In this document: positions 46,439 to 56,133 of the stretch, one piece after another
Numbering within the stretch: the first letter of the stretch is position 1
How the letters are laid out: each line of letters starts with the position of its first letter
DNA from: Candidatus Entotheonellaceae bacterium
GTDB taxonomy: Bacteria; Tectomicrobia; Entotheonellia; Entotheonellales; Entotheonellaceae
Assembly: GCA_965238075.1 (NCBI GenBank)
Contig: OZ250173.1
Coordinates: forward strand, 384,001 to 448,000
Direction: 5' to 3'
Length of the DNA stretch: 64,000 bases
The notes under the pieces: model-generated
The model's input: only the letters and a program-made list of their open reading frames with translations
Databases searched by the model: none
Told to the model about the DNA's origin: nothing
Program-made: the position numbers and the translations under genes

Positions 46439-47361
46439 CGATGCTGAAGCGTTACTTCTGGCTCGCTTATCTGCTTCTCGTCACCTGCGCGGCGGTGATG
46501 ACCGCAGACATCGCCAAAGGGTACGTCACGATGTGGCTCAGCGCGCCATCGGCGCGACCACCGGCGCGGATTTCGGGTACCACAGCGCCTGCGGTCCAAC
46601 GAATGGCGCTGGCCGACTACGCTATCATCTCGGAGCGCAACCTGTTCAACGCCAACCCGCCATCGAGCGATCCGGCGCCGGCGGCCGAGGTGAAGCCAGT
46701 CGAGGAAGTGGTGCAACCGACGCAACGCCGCCTGCGGCTAATCGGCATCGTGACGGGAGACTTACCGCCGCAGCAGTACGCCATTATCGAGGACCTGGAA
46801 CGCAGCGGCACGCAGGACATCTATCAAGTCGGCGACGTGGTGCAGCAGGCGGCGATCATCGACATTCGTCCTGACTGCGTGTTGCTGGATACGCGTCGGC
46901 AGCACGAGAAGCTGTGTTTTGATTACGATGAGCACACCGGCGATACAAACGGCAGACCTGCGCCGCCGCACGGCCCGGATGCGCGCGGAGATTCGGCCGC
47001 TGCTGTGGACGAGCCAGGGGATGACGACGTTGTACGGGTGGATCAAGGCACTTGGCGCGTCAATCGGGATTTGATCATGGAACAATTTGCCGACCTCGGC
47101 ACGCTCTCGCGTCAGGTGCGCGTGACCCCACACTCGATCCAGGGCAAGCCGAGCGGCTTTCGCCTGAGCCGCTTGCGGCCGGGCCTGCTGCAGCGGATCG
47201 GCCTGATCAACGGCGACGTGTTGCAGCGGGTCAACGGGCTGGACATCAACTCACCGGAAGAAGCCTTGAAGGCGTATCAGGTGATTCAGAGCGAGCCCAC
47301 CGTGCGGCTGGAAATCCTGCGACGTAACAGCCCCACCACCCTCACGTACGAAATTCGATAG
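46435..47361 (+). CDS. gspC: Type II secretion protein C
   Basis: N-terminal TM, RNLF, LRLIG....YAIIED HR domain, C-terminal PDZ (GDVLQRVNG). Confidence 0.88.
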   Translation: MTMLKRYFWLAYLLLVTCAAVMTADIAKGYVTMWLSAPSARPPARISGTTAPAVQRMALADYAIISERNLFNANPPSSDPAPAAEVKPVEEVVQPTQRRLRLIGIVTGDLPPQQYAIIEDLERSGTQDIYQVGDVVQQAAIIDIRPDCVLLDTRRQHEKLCFDYDEHTGDTNGRPAPPHGPDARGDSAAAVDEPGDDDVVRVDQGTWRVNRDLIMEQFADLGTLSRQVRVTPHSIQGKPSGFRLSRLRPGLLQRIGLINGDVLQRVNGLDINSPEEALKAYQVIQSEPTVRLEILRRNSPTTLTYEIR

Positions 47362-47394
47362 CCGATTGCGATTTGACCTGAAGACGAGGATTCC

Positions 47395-49491
47395 ATGCGT
47401 TCGTACAAGCTCGGCGTGCTTGGATTGTTATTGACCGGCGCGGTGCTGGCAGGGCTCGATGCGGGCCATGCGGCGCGGCTGGACGACGAAGAAGTCCCCG
47501 CCGGGGCCGAGGCACAAAACAGCGATAGTAGGATCCAGTTGAACTTCCGCGGTGTGGATATTCTGAACGTCATCCGGTTGATGAGCGAGCTGACAGGCAA
47601 GAATTTTCTGGTGGACGACAACGTACGCGGGAAAGTCACGCTCATTGCCCCCGAGCCGGTGAGCCTCGACGAGGCCTACCAGGTTTTTCTGTCGATCCTG
47701 GATATTCAGGGCTTCACCGTCGTACCGCAGGGGCCTATCATCAAGATCATTCCATCCGCCGACATCAAGGACAATCCGATACCCACCGCCACGGATGAAG
47801 AAGGAGCCATCTCGCCGGTCAGTACCGACGCTTTTGTGACGCAGCTCATTCCCCTTAAATTCGCGGACGTGAACCAGATTCGCGGCCTGCTGTCGCCACT
47901 GGTGTCAAAGGAGAGCAGCCTACTGTCATACATGCCGACGAACACGCTGATTCTCACCGAGGCGGCCTCCAACATTGCGCGGTTGAAGAAGATCATCGCC
48001 GCCCTCGACATAGAGGCGCCGACGAAAATTTTCCGGGTGACCCCGCTGCGGCACGCCGATGCAGGAAAGCTGGCGAGCTCGCTGCAGACGGCGCTGCAGG
48101 GTCTGGCGGAGACCAACACCGCTGCCGAGGGGCAGCAGCCGTCCGATCAGGGAGAGCGACGGCGACGGCGACGGCAGCGGAGCGACCAATCGCCGCAGAA
48201 CCCCGGCGATGGGCCGACCATCATCGCAGACGCGCGGACGAACAGCCTGGTGCTGATCGCCACACCTGCCAACATGGAGGTGGCCGATGACATCATCGCC
48301 AAGTTGGACATCCCGACACCCGCCGGGCGCGGCAAAATTCACGTCTATTACCTGTCCCACGCCAGTGCCGAGGAACTGGCACTGGTGCTGACGGCGCAGG
48401 CGCCCGAAATTGCCCGGATGCAGGAGGCGCAGGCGGACAGAGAACCCCGACGATCGGAGCGGCCCGGACGCCCCACTACCGGCACGACGCCCACGGACAT
48501 CACGATTACCGCGGATAAGCCGACCAATTCCCTTGTCATCACCGCTGATCCGGAGACGTATGCGGTTATCGAGGAGATTATTCAGAAGCTCGATATTCGC
48601 CGTGCCCAGGTGCTGATCGAAGGCTTGATTGCAGAAGTCACACTGGATACGGCCAGCCAGCTCGGAGTGGAGTGGCGTGTCATCGATGAACCCAATGGCT
48701 TTCAGGTATTCGCCAGCTCAACCGGATCGAGTGGTCCCGGCGGTACCGGCGTGCTCAACACCCTTACGTCCAATCCTCTGGCCGCGGGCACCGCAGGCTT
48801 TCTGATCGGCGCGCTACGTAATACGATAGAAATCGGTAACAACCAGGTTTTCAATATTCCGGCCCTCTTACGGGCGTTTCAAGGTAATACCAATGTCAAC
48901 GTCCTTGCTACGCCGAACTTGCTGACAACCGATAATGAAGAGGCCGAAATCATTGTGGGTGAGGAACGGCCCTTTTTAACCTCGAGCCAAGCCACGCCAT
49001 CCGGAGGGGTTGTTTCAACGACCCGTGGCTTCGAATTCCGTGATACGGGCATTACGCTGCGTATAACACCGCAAATCAGTCAGGGTCGTACGGTCCGTAC
49101 GGAGTTGTTCCTGGAGATTACCCGTTTTGTTTCAGAGGCCGAAGTCGGGGCTGTGAGGACGACCAAACGTTCAACAAAGACAACGGTCATCGTGGACGAC
49201 GGGCAGACGATCGTGCTCGGTGGGCTCATTCAGGAAGCGAGCAACGAAGCTGAAACCCGAGTACCTTTTCTGAGCAATCTGCCGCTGCTCGGCGGGCTTT
49301 TCAAGCAGACGAACAAGCAGAATGTGAAGACCAATTTATTGATCTTCCTGACCCCGCATATCATTGCCACACGCGAGGATATCGACCGGGTGACGACACA
49401 CAAACGAGGGCAGTCCGATAAGTCCGAGGTCATCGAGCAAAAACTGCTTGAAGGGCAACCGAAAGACAACCTCGAATGGCTGCTCGACTGA
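47395..49491 (+). CDS. gspD: Type II secretion secretin D
   Basis: LNFRGVDI..VI..MSELTGKNF, N-domains, QVLIEGLIAEV, NEEAEIIVG, DGQTIVLGGLI, VPFL..LP.LG.LF. Confidence 0.95.
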   Translation: MRSYKLGVLGLLLTGAVLAGLDAGHAARLDDEEVPAGAEAQNSDSRIQLNFRGVDILNVIRLMSELTGKNFLVDDNVRGKVTLIAPEPVSLDEAYQVFLSILDIQGFTVVPQGPIIKIIPSADIKDNPIPTATDEEGAISPVSTDAFVTQLIPLKFADVNQIRGLLSPLVSKESSLLSYMPTNTLILTEAASNIARLKKIIAALDIEAPTKIFRVTPLRHADAGKLASSLQTALQGLAETNTAAEGQQPSDQGERRRRRRQRSDQSPQNPGDGPTIIADARTNSLVLIATPANMEVADDIIAKLDIPTPAGRGKIHVYYLSHASAEELALVLTAQAPEIARMQEAQADREPRRSERPGRPTTGTTPTDITITADKPTNSLVITADPETYAVIEEIIQKLDIRRAQVLIEGLIAEVTLDTASQLGVEWRVIDEPNGFQVFASSTGSSGPGGTGVLNTLTSNPLAAGTAGFLIGALRNTIEIGNNQVFNIPALLRAFQGNTNVNVLATPNLLTTDNEEAEIIVGEERPFLTSSQATPSGGVVSTTRGFEFRDTGITLRITPQISQGRTVRTELFLEITRFVSEAEVGAVRTTKRSTKTTVIVDDGQTIVLGGLIQEASNEAETRVPFLSNLPLLGGLFKQTNKQNVKTNLLIFLTPHIIATREDIDRVTTHKRGQSDKSEVIEQKLLEGQPKDNLEWLLD

Positions 49492-49517
49492 GGGCCGCAC
49501 TGGAGAGATCGCCCGTC

Positions 49518-51224
49518 ATGCCGCGAACATCCTTGGCCGATATCCTGATCGACACCGGCGACCTGACGCCCGACCAGTTGACGCGCGCCGAGGCGTTGAG
49601 CGCGCAGCGACAATTGCCGCTGTCCGAAGTGCTGCTGCGGCAACACATGGTCAGCGACGATGCGCTATTGCGGGCGCAGGGCCGGCAGCTCGGCCTGACC
49701 TACTGGAAAGAGTTGCCCGATAGCGAATTCGACGTGTCGCTAATGCATCGCGTGCCGCTGGTGTTCGCACGGCAGCACAAGCTGGTACCGCTCCGCATGC
49801 AGGACGGCGTCGCGCTGGTGGCCATCAGCCGAGCGCTGGATCTGCAGCCGCTCGACGACGTCAGCCTGCTCCTCAAGGCGCCAGTGGAGGCGGTGTTGAG
49901 CAGCGAGCGCGAAATTGTCAGCGCCCTGAACCGCATCTACGACACCGGCTCACAGACGGCTGCCAAGGTCATCCAGAATCTGGACGACGAGACCCTGGGC
50001 CGGTTGGCGCACGACCTGGAAGGGCCGCAGGACATCCTCGATCACGAGGCCGAGGCGCCCATCATCCAGCTCGTCAACCTGATTTTGTCGCAGGCGGTGC
50101 GCGACCGCGCCAGCGACATCCATATCGAGCCGTTTGAGCGGACACTCAAGGTGCGGTACCGCATCGACGGCGTGCTGCACGAGGTGCTGTCGCCGCCCAA
50201 GGCGCTGCAACCCCGCATCACCTCGCGCCTCAAGGTCATGGCCGATCTCAACATCGCCGAGACACGGCTGCCGCAGGACGGCAGGATCGCCATCCGGGTG
50301 CGTAACCGCGAGATCGACATTCGCGTCTCGGTGGTGCCGACGGCATTCGGCGAGCGCCTGGTGCTGCGGCTGTTAGACAAATCGGGGGCTCTGTTTGAGC
50401 TCGAGGAGATTGGCTTTTCGGCGGACTTACTACCCGCCTACAGCCGGCTGATTCATCGTTCACACGGCATCATTCTGGTGACCGGCCCCACCGGCAGCGG
50501 CAAGAGCACGACGCTCTACGCCACCTTGCAACGCATCAATTCGTCACAACTCAACATCATTACCGTCGAAGATCCGATCGAGTATCAGATCAACGGCGTG
50601 GGCCAGATTCACGTCAATCCCAAGATCGACCTGACGTTCGCCAACGGCCTGCGCTCCATTCTGCGGCAGGACCCGGACGTCATCATGGTGGGCGAAATCC
50701 GCGACCGCGAGACCGCGGAAATCGCCATCCAGGCGTCACTCACCGGGCACCTGGTGCTGAGCACGCTGCATACCAACGACGCCGCCAGCGCGGTGACGCG
50801 GCTGCTGGACATGGGCATCGAACCGTTTCTCATTTCCTCCTCCGTGCTGGCCATGATGGCGCAACGCTTGGTGCGCGTGCTGTGCCCGCAATGCCGCGAG
50901 CCCGGAAGGCCGGAGCGCGAAACGCTGCGCGAGCTCGGTCTGGAGTCCGACGACGCCGGTGTCACGCGCGGGGAATGGTTTGTCAGCCGCGGCTGCGAAG
51001 GCTGCCGCGGCACCGGCTACCGGGGGCGCACCGGCATTTACGAGTTGCTGTCGGTCGATGACTCCATCCGCCGTCTGGTTATGGAGCGGGCCAACGCCAG
51101 CATGCTGCGCAGCGCTGCCATCGAACGCGGCATGCGCCCGTTGCTGCAGGACGGCGCACGCAAGGTGCTGGCGGGCAGAACGACGGCGGAGGAAGTTCTG
51201 CGGGTGACGCAGGAGAACGATTGA
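49518..51224 (+). CDS. gspE: Type II secretion ATPase E
   Basis: ASDIHIEP, RLPQDGR, GPTGSGKS, LRQDPDVIMVGEIRD, TGHLVLSTLHTN, tetracysteine motif; start ATG 49518. Confidence 0.96.
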   Translation: MPRTSLADILIDTGDLTPDQLTRAEALSAQRQLPLSEVLLRQHMVSDDALLRAQGRQLGLTYWKELPDSEFDVSLMHRVPLVFARQHKLVPLRMQDGVALVAISRALDLQPLDDVSLLLKAPVEAVLSSEREIVSALNRIYDTGSQTAAKVIQNLDDETLGRLAHDLEGPQDILDHEAEAPIIQLVNLILSQAVRDRASDIHIEPFERTLKVRYRIDGVLHEVLSPPKALQPRITSRLKVMADLNIAETRLPQDGRIAIRVRNREIDIRVSVVPTAFGERLVLRLLDKSGALFELEEIGFSADLLPAYSRLIHRSHGIILVTGPTGSGKSTTLYATLQRINSSQLNIITVEDPIEYQINGVGQIHVNPKIDLTFANGLRSILRQDPDVIMVGEIRDRETAEIAIQASLTGHLVLSTLHTNDAASAVTRLLDMGIEPFLISSSVLAMMAQRLVRVLCPQCREPGRPERETLRELGLESDDAGVTRGEWFVSRGCEGCRGTGYRGRTGIYELLSVDDSIRRLVMERANASMLRSAAIERGMRPLLQDGARKVLAGRTTAEEVLRVTQEND

Positions 51225-51270
51225 TCTCCGGCTGAGACCGGGCAGCCAAAATAGCAGAAGGTAAACGGGC

Positions 51271-52497
51271 ATGCCGGTATACACATACAGTGCGCTGAAC
51301 GAACGCGGCAAAGTGACCAAGGGCGTCATCAATGCCGACAGCCCCCGAGCGGCGCGCGGCAAGTTGCGGCAGTCGGGTCTTTTCGCCACCGACATTCTGG
51401 AGACCGCCGAGGCTGAGGCCCACGGCGGCGGGCGCAACCTGTCGGGCCTCTCACTGCTGCGACGGGTGCGGCCGCAGGATCTGACGGTGATGACGCGCCA
51501 GTTTGCCACCTTGATGGCGGCCAACCTGACCGTGGTCGAGGCGTTGACGGCGCTGATCGAGCAGACGGATAGCCGGCCGTTGCAGAAAACGCTCATCCAG
51601 GTACGCGAGAGCATCAACGAGGGCAACAGTCTGGCAGCTGCACTGCGGCAGCACCCGAGAGTTTTTTCGAGTCTGTTTGTCAACATGGCGCGCGCCGGCG
51701 AAACCAGCGGTACCCTGTCGGTGGTTATGCTGTGGCTGGCGGATTTGACCGAGCGGCAACTCGACACCCGCAATCAGATCACCGCCAAGATGTACTATCC
51801 CCTCTTCATGCTGGTCATCGGCGGCTTGGTGCTATTGGCGCTACTTACCTACGTCGTGCCCACCGTGACCATGATTTTCGGTCACATGAGCGCGACACTG
51901 CCCCTGCCGACTCGCATCCTCATCGCAGTCAGCGACTTTCTCAAAGCGTACTGGTGGATCATCGCTCTGGCGGCGTTCGGCATGATTCTGGCCGTGCAAC
52001 GGTACCGGCGCACGGCGCGCGGCGCGCGGCGGTTCGATCTCTGGAAGATACGCGCCCCGCTCGTCGGCAAGCTGGCTCTGCGCATGGCCATGTCGCGCTT
52101 CACGCGCACCTTGGGCATGCTGCTGCACAGCGACATCCCGCTGCTCGATTCTTTGGAGATCGCTCGTGCCGTGGTCGACAACACGGTGCTTTCGGACGCC
52201 ATCCGGCGCGCCCAGGAGGAAATCCGGGAGGGCGCCACGATCGCCGCGCCGCTACAGGCCAGCGGGTATTTCCCGCCGCTGGTGTCGCACATGGTTTCGG
52301 TCGGCGAGAAGACGGGGCGGCTCGAGGAGATGCTGTTACGGGTCGCCGACAATTACGACAACGAGGTGCGTTCGAGCGTCGAGGGGCTGACCTCGCTGGT
52401 GGAACCGGTCATCATCGTGCTCATGGCGGTTGTGGTGTTCGGCATCATGCTAGCGGTTTTGCTACCTATTTTCGAACTCAATACGACGATCCGCTGA
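51271..52497 (+). CDS. gspF: Type II secretion inner-membrane protein F
   Basis: TRQFATL, GETSGTL, YP.F, GEKTGRLE.ML, LVEP. Confidence 0.95.
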   Translation: MPVYTYSALNERGKVTKGVINADSPRAARGKLRQSGLFATDILETAEAEAHGGGRNLSGLSLLRRVRPQDLTVMTRQFATLMAANLTVVEALTALIEQTDSRPLQKTLIQVRESINEGNSLAAALRQHPRVFSSLFVNMARAGETSGTLSVVMLWLADLTERQLDTRNQITAKMYYPLFMLVIGGLVLLALLTYVVPTVTMIFGHMSATLPLPTRILIAVSDFLKAYWWIIALAAFGMILAVQRYRRTARGARRFDLWKIRAPLVGKLALRMAMSRFTRTLGMLLHSDIPLLDSLEIARAVVDNTVLSDAIRRAQEEIREGATIAAPLQASGYFPPLVSHMVSVGEKTGRLEEMLLRVADNYDNEVRSSVEGLTSLVEPVIIVLMAVVVFGIMLAVLLPIFELNTTIR

Positions 52498-52529
52498 GGC
52501 GCGCGGCGGCTTGGTGAAGGCACACGCTC

Positions 52530-54029
52530 ATGCCACAACAGGTGCTCGGCATTGCGCTTGAGGAAAATCACATTTCGGCGGTACGGCTGACGGGATACAG
52601 CAGGGCGTACGACGTTACGCTGGCGTTGCGCCAGCCCTTGCCGGCGCACGACGACCCGGAGGAGCAGAGCAGGCTGCAGCGCGAGACGGTGCAGCAACTG
52701 GTGGAGACGCACGGCCTGCGGGGCGACACGGTGCTGGCGTCGCTGCCGGCGCACCACGCCATCCTGCGCAACCTGGCGCTGCCGTTCCGCGACCTGCGAC
52801 GTATTCGCCAGATGATTACCTTCGCGCTGGACGAGCACATGCCCTTCGAGCCGGAAGACGTGGTGGTGGATTTTCGCCCGCTGCCGGTGCAGCAAGTCCC
52901 GCAACAGACGCAGGTGCTAGTGGCGGGCATGCCCAAACAGGAGATTGCGGGGTGCTTGGCCTTGCTCAACAGCGCTGGTCTGGCGCCTAATGTGCTCGAC
53001 CTCGACGTGTTCAGCCTGGCCAATGCCGCCGTGCTGGGCGGCAGCGGTATGCCGGGCAAGACGGCCCTCATGTACGTACACCCGGAGAGAACGCTGCTGA
53101 CCCTGCTGCAAGACGGTGTGCCGATTTTTGCACGCAGCCTGGCTCAGGGCATGCCGGCTGACAACGGCGACGTACCGGACGCGCAAAGACTGGGCAAGCA
53201 GTTGCAGCATACGCTTTACGCCTGCGAGCATACCGTGCAATTGACTTACGAGCCGGACCTGCTGCTGCTGTTCGGCGCAGACCGCGAGCAACTGGGAGGG
53301 TTGGCGGCCGCCCTTCACGAGGCCACCGGCACGCGGACGCAGGTGTGGCGGCTTGAGGCGCCGGGCTACAAACCGGCCAATGGCGGCGGCACGTCGCCCG
53401 ACGCGGCCTGTCAGGCAATCGCGCTCGGCGTGGCATTGCGGGGCCTGCATCGCCAGGCTCGGGGGCTGAATCTGCGTCGGGGAGCGTTTGCGCCGCACAG
53501 CAACCTGCGCGAACTGCGCGGCAAGCTCATTGCCCTGGGTGTTCTGGCGTTCGCCGTTGGCGGTCTGGGATTGGGCAACCTGTATTTGCAGAACCACTAC
53601 AAGGCCCGGCGCCTGGCGCAGTTGCAGGGCGGCATCGCCGAGGTTTTCAGCAATGTGCTGCCGGGCACACGCATGGTGCAGCCGGTGGCGCAGGTGCGTG
53701 AGAAAATGCGCGATCTCGACAGGCGCCTGCGAGCTTTCGGCGGCCTGACGGGGGCGCAGCTTCCCGGGCTTCAGATCCTGCGCGAGCTAAGCGCCCGCGT
53801 GCCGGCATCGCTGGGGGTCGAGGTCGACAACCTGAACATCAACGGCGCCATGATCGAGCTGAGCGCCAGCACGGCGTCCTACGCCAACGTGGTCAAGCTG
53901 CAAAGCGCCTTTGCCGCCTCGGCCCTCCTGAGCGACGTAACGATCGACAACACCCGGCAAGGGGCAAACAATACGGTGCAATTCAAGCTCAGCCTGCGTG
54001 CGGCGAGCGGCCTGGAAGGAACGCCATGA
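52530..54029 (+). CDS. gspL: Type II secretion protein L (PilM-like cytoplasmic domain plus periplasmic domain)
   Basis: Actin-like N-domain (RNLALPF, EHMPF), LNLRRG.F, one TM, PilN-like C-terminus; precedes gspM. Confidence 0.8.
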   Translation: MPQQVLGIALEENHISAVRLTGYSRAYDVTLALRQPLPAHDDPEEQSRLQRETVQQLVETHGLRGDTVLASLPAHHAILRNLALPFRDLRRIRQMITFALDEHMPFEPEDVVVDFRPLPVQQVPQQTQVLVAGMPKQEIAGCLALLNSAGLAPNVLDLDVFSLANAAVLGGSGMPGKTALMYVHPERTLLTLLQDGVPIFARSLAQGMPADNGDVPDAQRLGKQLQHTLYACEHTVQLTYEPDLLLLFGADREQLGGLAAALHEATGTRTQVWRLEAPGYKPANGGGTSPDAACQAIALGVALRGLHRQARGLNLRRGAFAPHSNLRELRGKLIALGVLAFAVGGLGLGNLYLQNHYKARRLAQLQGGIAEVFSNVLPGTRMVQPVAQVREKMRDLDRRLRAFGGLTGAQLPGLQILRELSARVPASLGVEVDNLNINGAMIELSASTASYANVVKLQSAFAASALLSDVTIDNTRQGANNTVQFKLSLRAASGLEGTP

Positions 54030-54571
54030 ACTACTTTCACATGCTGCAGCGGCGCGAACAGATTTTCGTGATCGGCGCGGGTATTCTGGTTCTGGTGGTA
54101 GTGCTGTTCACCTTCGTCATTGATCCCATCCTGGCGCGCGCCACCAACTTGGACCGCCGGCTCGCTGCCGCCAGCCGCCAGTTCGGGGAGTTGCAGACTC
54201 TGCGCGACGATTACCAGCACCAGAAGCAGGTTATTGGCCGAATCGACGCACAGTTGAGGCGACAGAAGAAGAACGTGGCGATTTTTTCGCACCTGGAGCA
54301 AGTGGCCGAACAGATCGGCATCCAGGATAAAATTCAATCCATAAACACCGTTGCCAGCCCGCCGAACAGCGTCTACAAGGAAGACTCGGTAGAGATCAGA
54401 ATGGAGGGCGTCACCCTGGAGCACCTCATCCAATACCTCCACCGGGTGGAAAGGTCACAGCAGGTTTTGAGGGTCAAACGCCTGCAGGTCAACCCCATCC
54501 GTGATAACCGGCAACTGCTTTCGGTACGGTTCCGCGTCTCGGTGTTCAGCGTGATGGAGTCCGCCGGTTAG
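54026..54571 (+). CDS. gspM: Type II secretion protein M
   Basis: L..REQ..V N-terminal TM, coiled coil, VEIRMEGVTL..L..YL..VE; ATGA overlap with gspL. Confidence 0.82.
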   Translation: MNYFHMLQRREQIFVIGAGILVLVVVLFTFVIDPILARATNLDRRLAAASRQFGELQTLRDDYQHQKQVIGRIDAQLRRQKKNVAIFSHLEQVAEQIGIQDKIQSINTVASPPNSVYKEDSVEIRMEGVTLEHLIQYLHRVERSQQVLRVKRLQVNPIRDNRQLLSVRFRVSVFSVMESAG

Positions 54572-54585
54572 GTCATTTGGCGGCG

Positions 54586-54615
54586 TTGAATTTCGCGGAT
54601 TACTCCCGGTATAAT
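54586..54615 (+). promoter_or_regulatory. Sigma70-type promoter for the second DUF1800 operon
   Basis: TTGAAT-N18-TATAAT. Confidence 0.6.
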
Positions 54616-54712
54616 GCGCCGTTGGTTAATCGGCTTTAATTAACGAGTTGCAGCCCTCTCAACCACCCCAGTTCCGATTCATCGTCGGACTCTGAACGGA
54701 GGAAGGTCGCAG

Positions 54713-56116
54713 ATGAAATCTGTTCGTTCATTGGTAGCCCACCTGATGCGGCGTGCCGGATTCGGCGCTACGCCGGCCGAACTCGATATCCTCACGAGAG
54801 ACAAGACCTACGAAGAAATCGTTGACGATCTCATTCATCCCGAGCGCGTTCCCGCCATGGACACTTCCCTCGTGGACCGCTACTACGGCGGCGAGCTGGT
54901 TGCCATCCACGTTGGCAAGTGGCTGTACCGCATGGTCAACACGCAGCGGCCCTTGGAGGAGAAGATGGCGCTTTTCCTGCACCACATCTTTCCCGTTGCC
55001 TGGGGCAAGAGCGAGCACGGGCCCTCCATCTACCGGCAGATTGACATGTTCCGCAGTGTCGCCATGACGGACATGCGAACCATCCTGCTGGAACTGTCGC
55101 GCGACCCCGCCATGATTTTCTGGCTCGACAACAACGAAAACCACAAGAACGAAATCAACGAGAACTACGGCAGGGAACTGCTGGAACTGTTCTCCATGGG
55201 CGTTGGCAACTACACCGAGGACGACATCAAAAACGCCTCGCGCGCCTTCACCGGCTGGACCTTCCGGCAGCCACTGTCGCTGTACCCGGTCGGCCACTAC
55301 CCCGCTGAGTTCGAATTCATCCCCGAAGACCACGACGACGGCCCGAAGACGTTCCTTGGCGAGACCGGGAATTTCAACGGCGACGACATCATCGACATCA
55401 TCGTCAAACAGCCTGCCGCGGCACGATTCATATGCCGCCACCTCTACAATTTCTTCGTCGAAGACGAGGTGCAGGTACCGTCCTGGGCAACGGTGCCGGC
55501 CAAGAACGAGGCGGCCCTTGAGCATCTGTCGGGCATTTTCTTGGACACCCAGGGCGACATGCGCGCCATCCTCGGGGCGCTGTTCAACGCGGACTATTTC
55601 AAGCAGGCCATCGACTTGCGTAAGGTGAAAAGCCCGACCGAGCTGGTGGCGGGTGTGCTGAAACAGACGGGCGAATTCCAGACGCCGACACCCGGCCTGC
55701 ACGAGTTTGGGGTCACGACGCTGAACGGCTCGCTGTACGAGGGCACCATGGCCATCATGGGCCAACGGCTACTCAATCCGCCGACCGTCGAGGGCTGGCA
55801 TACGGGGCACGAGTGGATCGATTCCGGCACCCTGAGCGAAAGAGTCGGCTTCGTTGAACGGCAGTTCGCCGACGGCTCCAAGCCGGGCGTCCAGGACATC
55901 GTGGCCCGCGCCGGCAGCCTGGACGGCGAACCCGGCCGGGTGGTGGAACGCTGCCTCGATCTGCTGGGCGGCGTCAAGGTCAGCGATAAGACCTTCGCGG
56001 CGTTGACGGCCTACACCGAGGAGCTCCAGGGCATGGAAGACAGCGGGCAGGATCGTGCCGGCGTCCACAATCTACTGCAAATGGCAGCCTCTACCGTTGA
56101 CTATCAGTTCGCCTGA
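54713..56116 (+). CDS. DUF1800 family protein (no signal peptide)
   Basis: AHLMRRAGFG, LEEKMALF.H, DPAMIFWLDN, NENYGRELLELFSMG, PPTVEGW, DYQFA. Confidence 0.92.
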   Translation: MKSVRSLVAHLMRRAGFGATPAELDILTRDKTYEEIVDDLIHPERVPAMDTSLVDRYYGGELVAIHVGKWLYRMVNTQRPLEEKMALFLHHIFPVAWGKSEHGPSIYRQIDMFRSVAMTDMRTILLELSRDPAMIFWLDNNENHKNEINENYGRELLELFSMGVGNYTEDDIKNASRAFTGWTFRQPLSLYPVGHYPAEFEFIPEDHDDGPKTFLGETGNFNGDDIIDIIVKQPAAARFICRHLYNFFVEDEVQVPSWATVPAKNEAALEHLSGIFLDTQGDMRAILGALFNADYFKQAIDLRKVKSPTELVAGVLKQTGEFQTPTPGLHEFGVTTLNGSLYEGTMAIMGQRLLNPPTVEGWHTGHEWIDSGTLSERVGFVERQFADGSKPGVQDIVARAGSLDGEPGRVVERCLDLLGGVKVSDKTFAALTAYTEELQGMEDSGQDRAGVHNLLQMAASTVDYQFA

Positions 56117-56133
56117 TGAAGAAAGGGAAAGAT

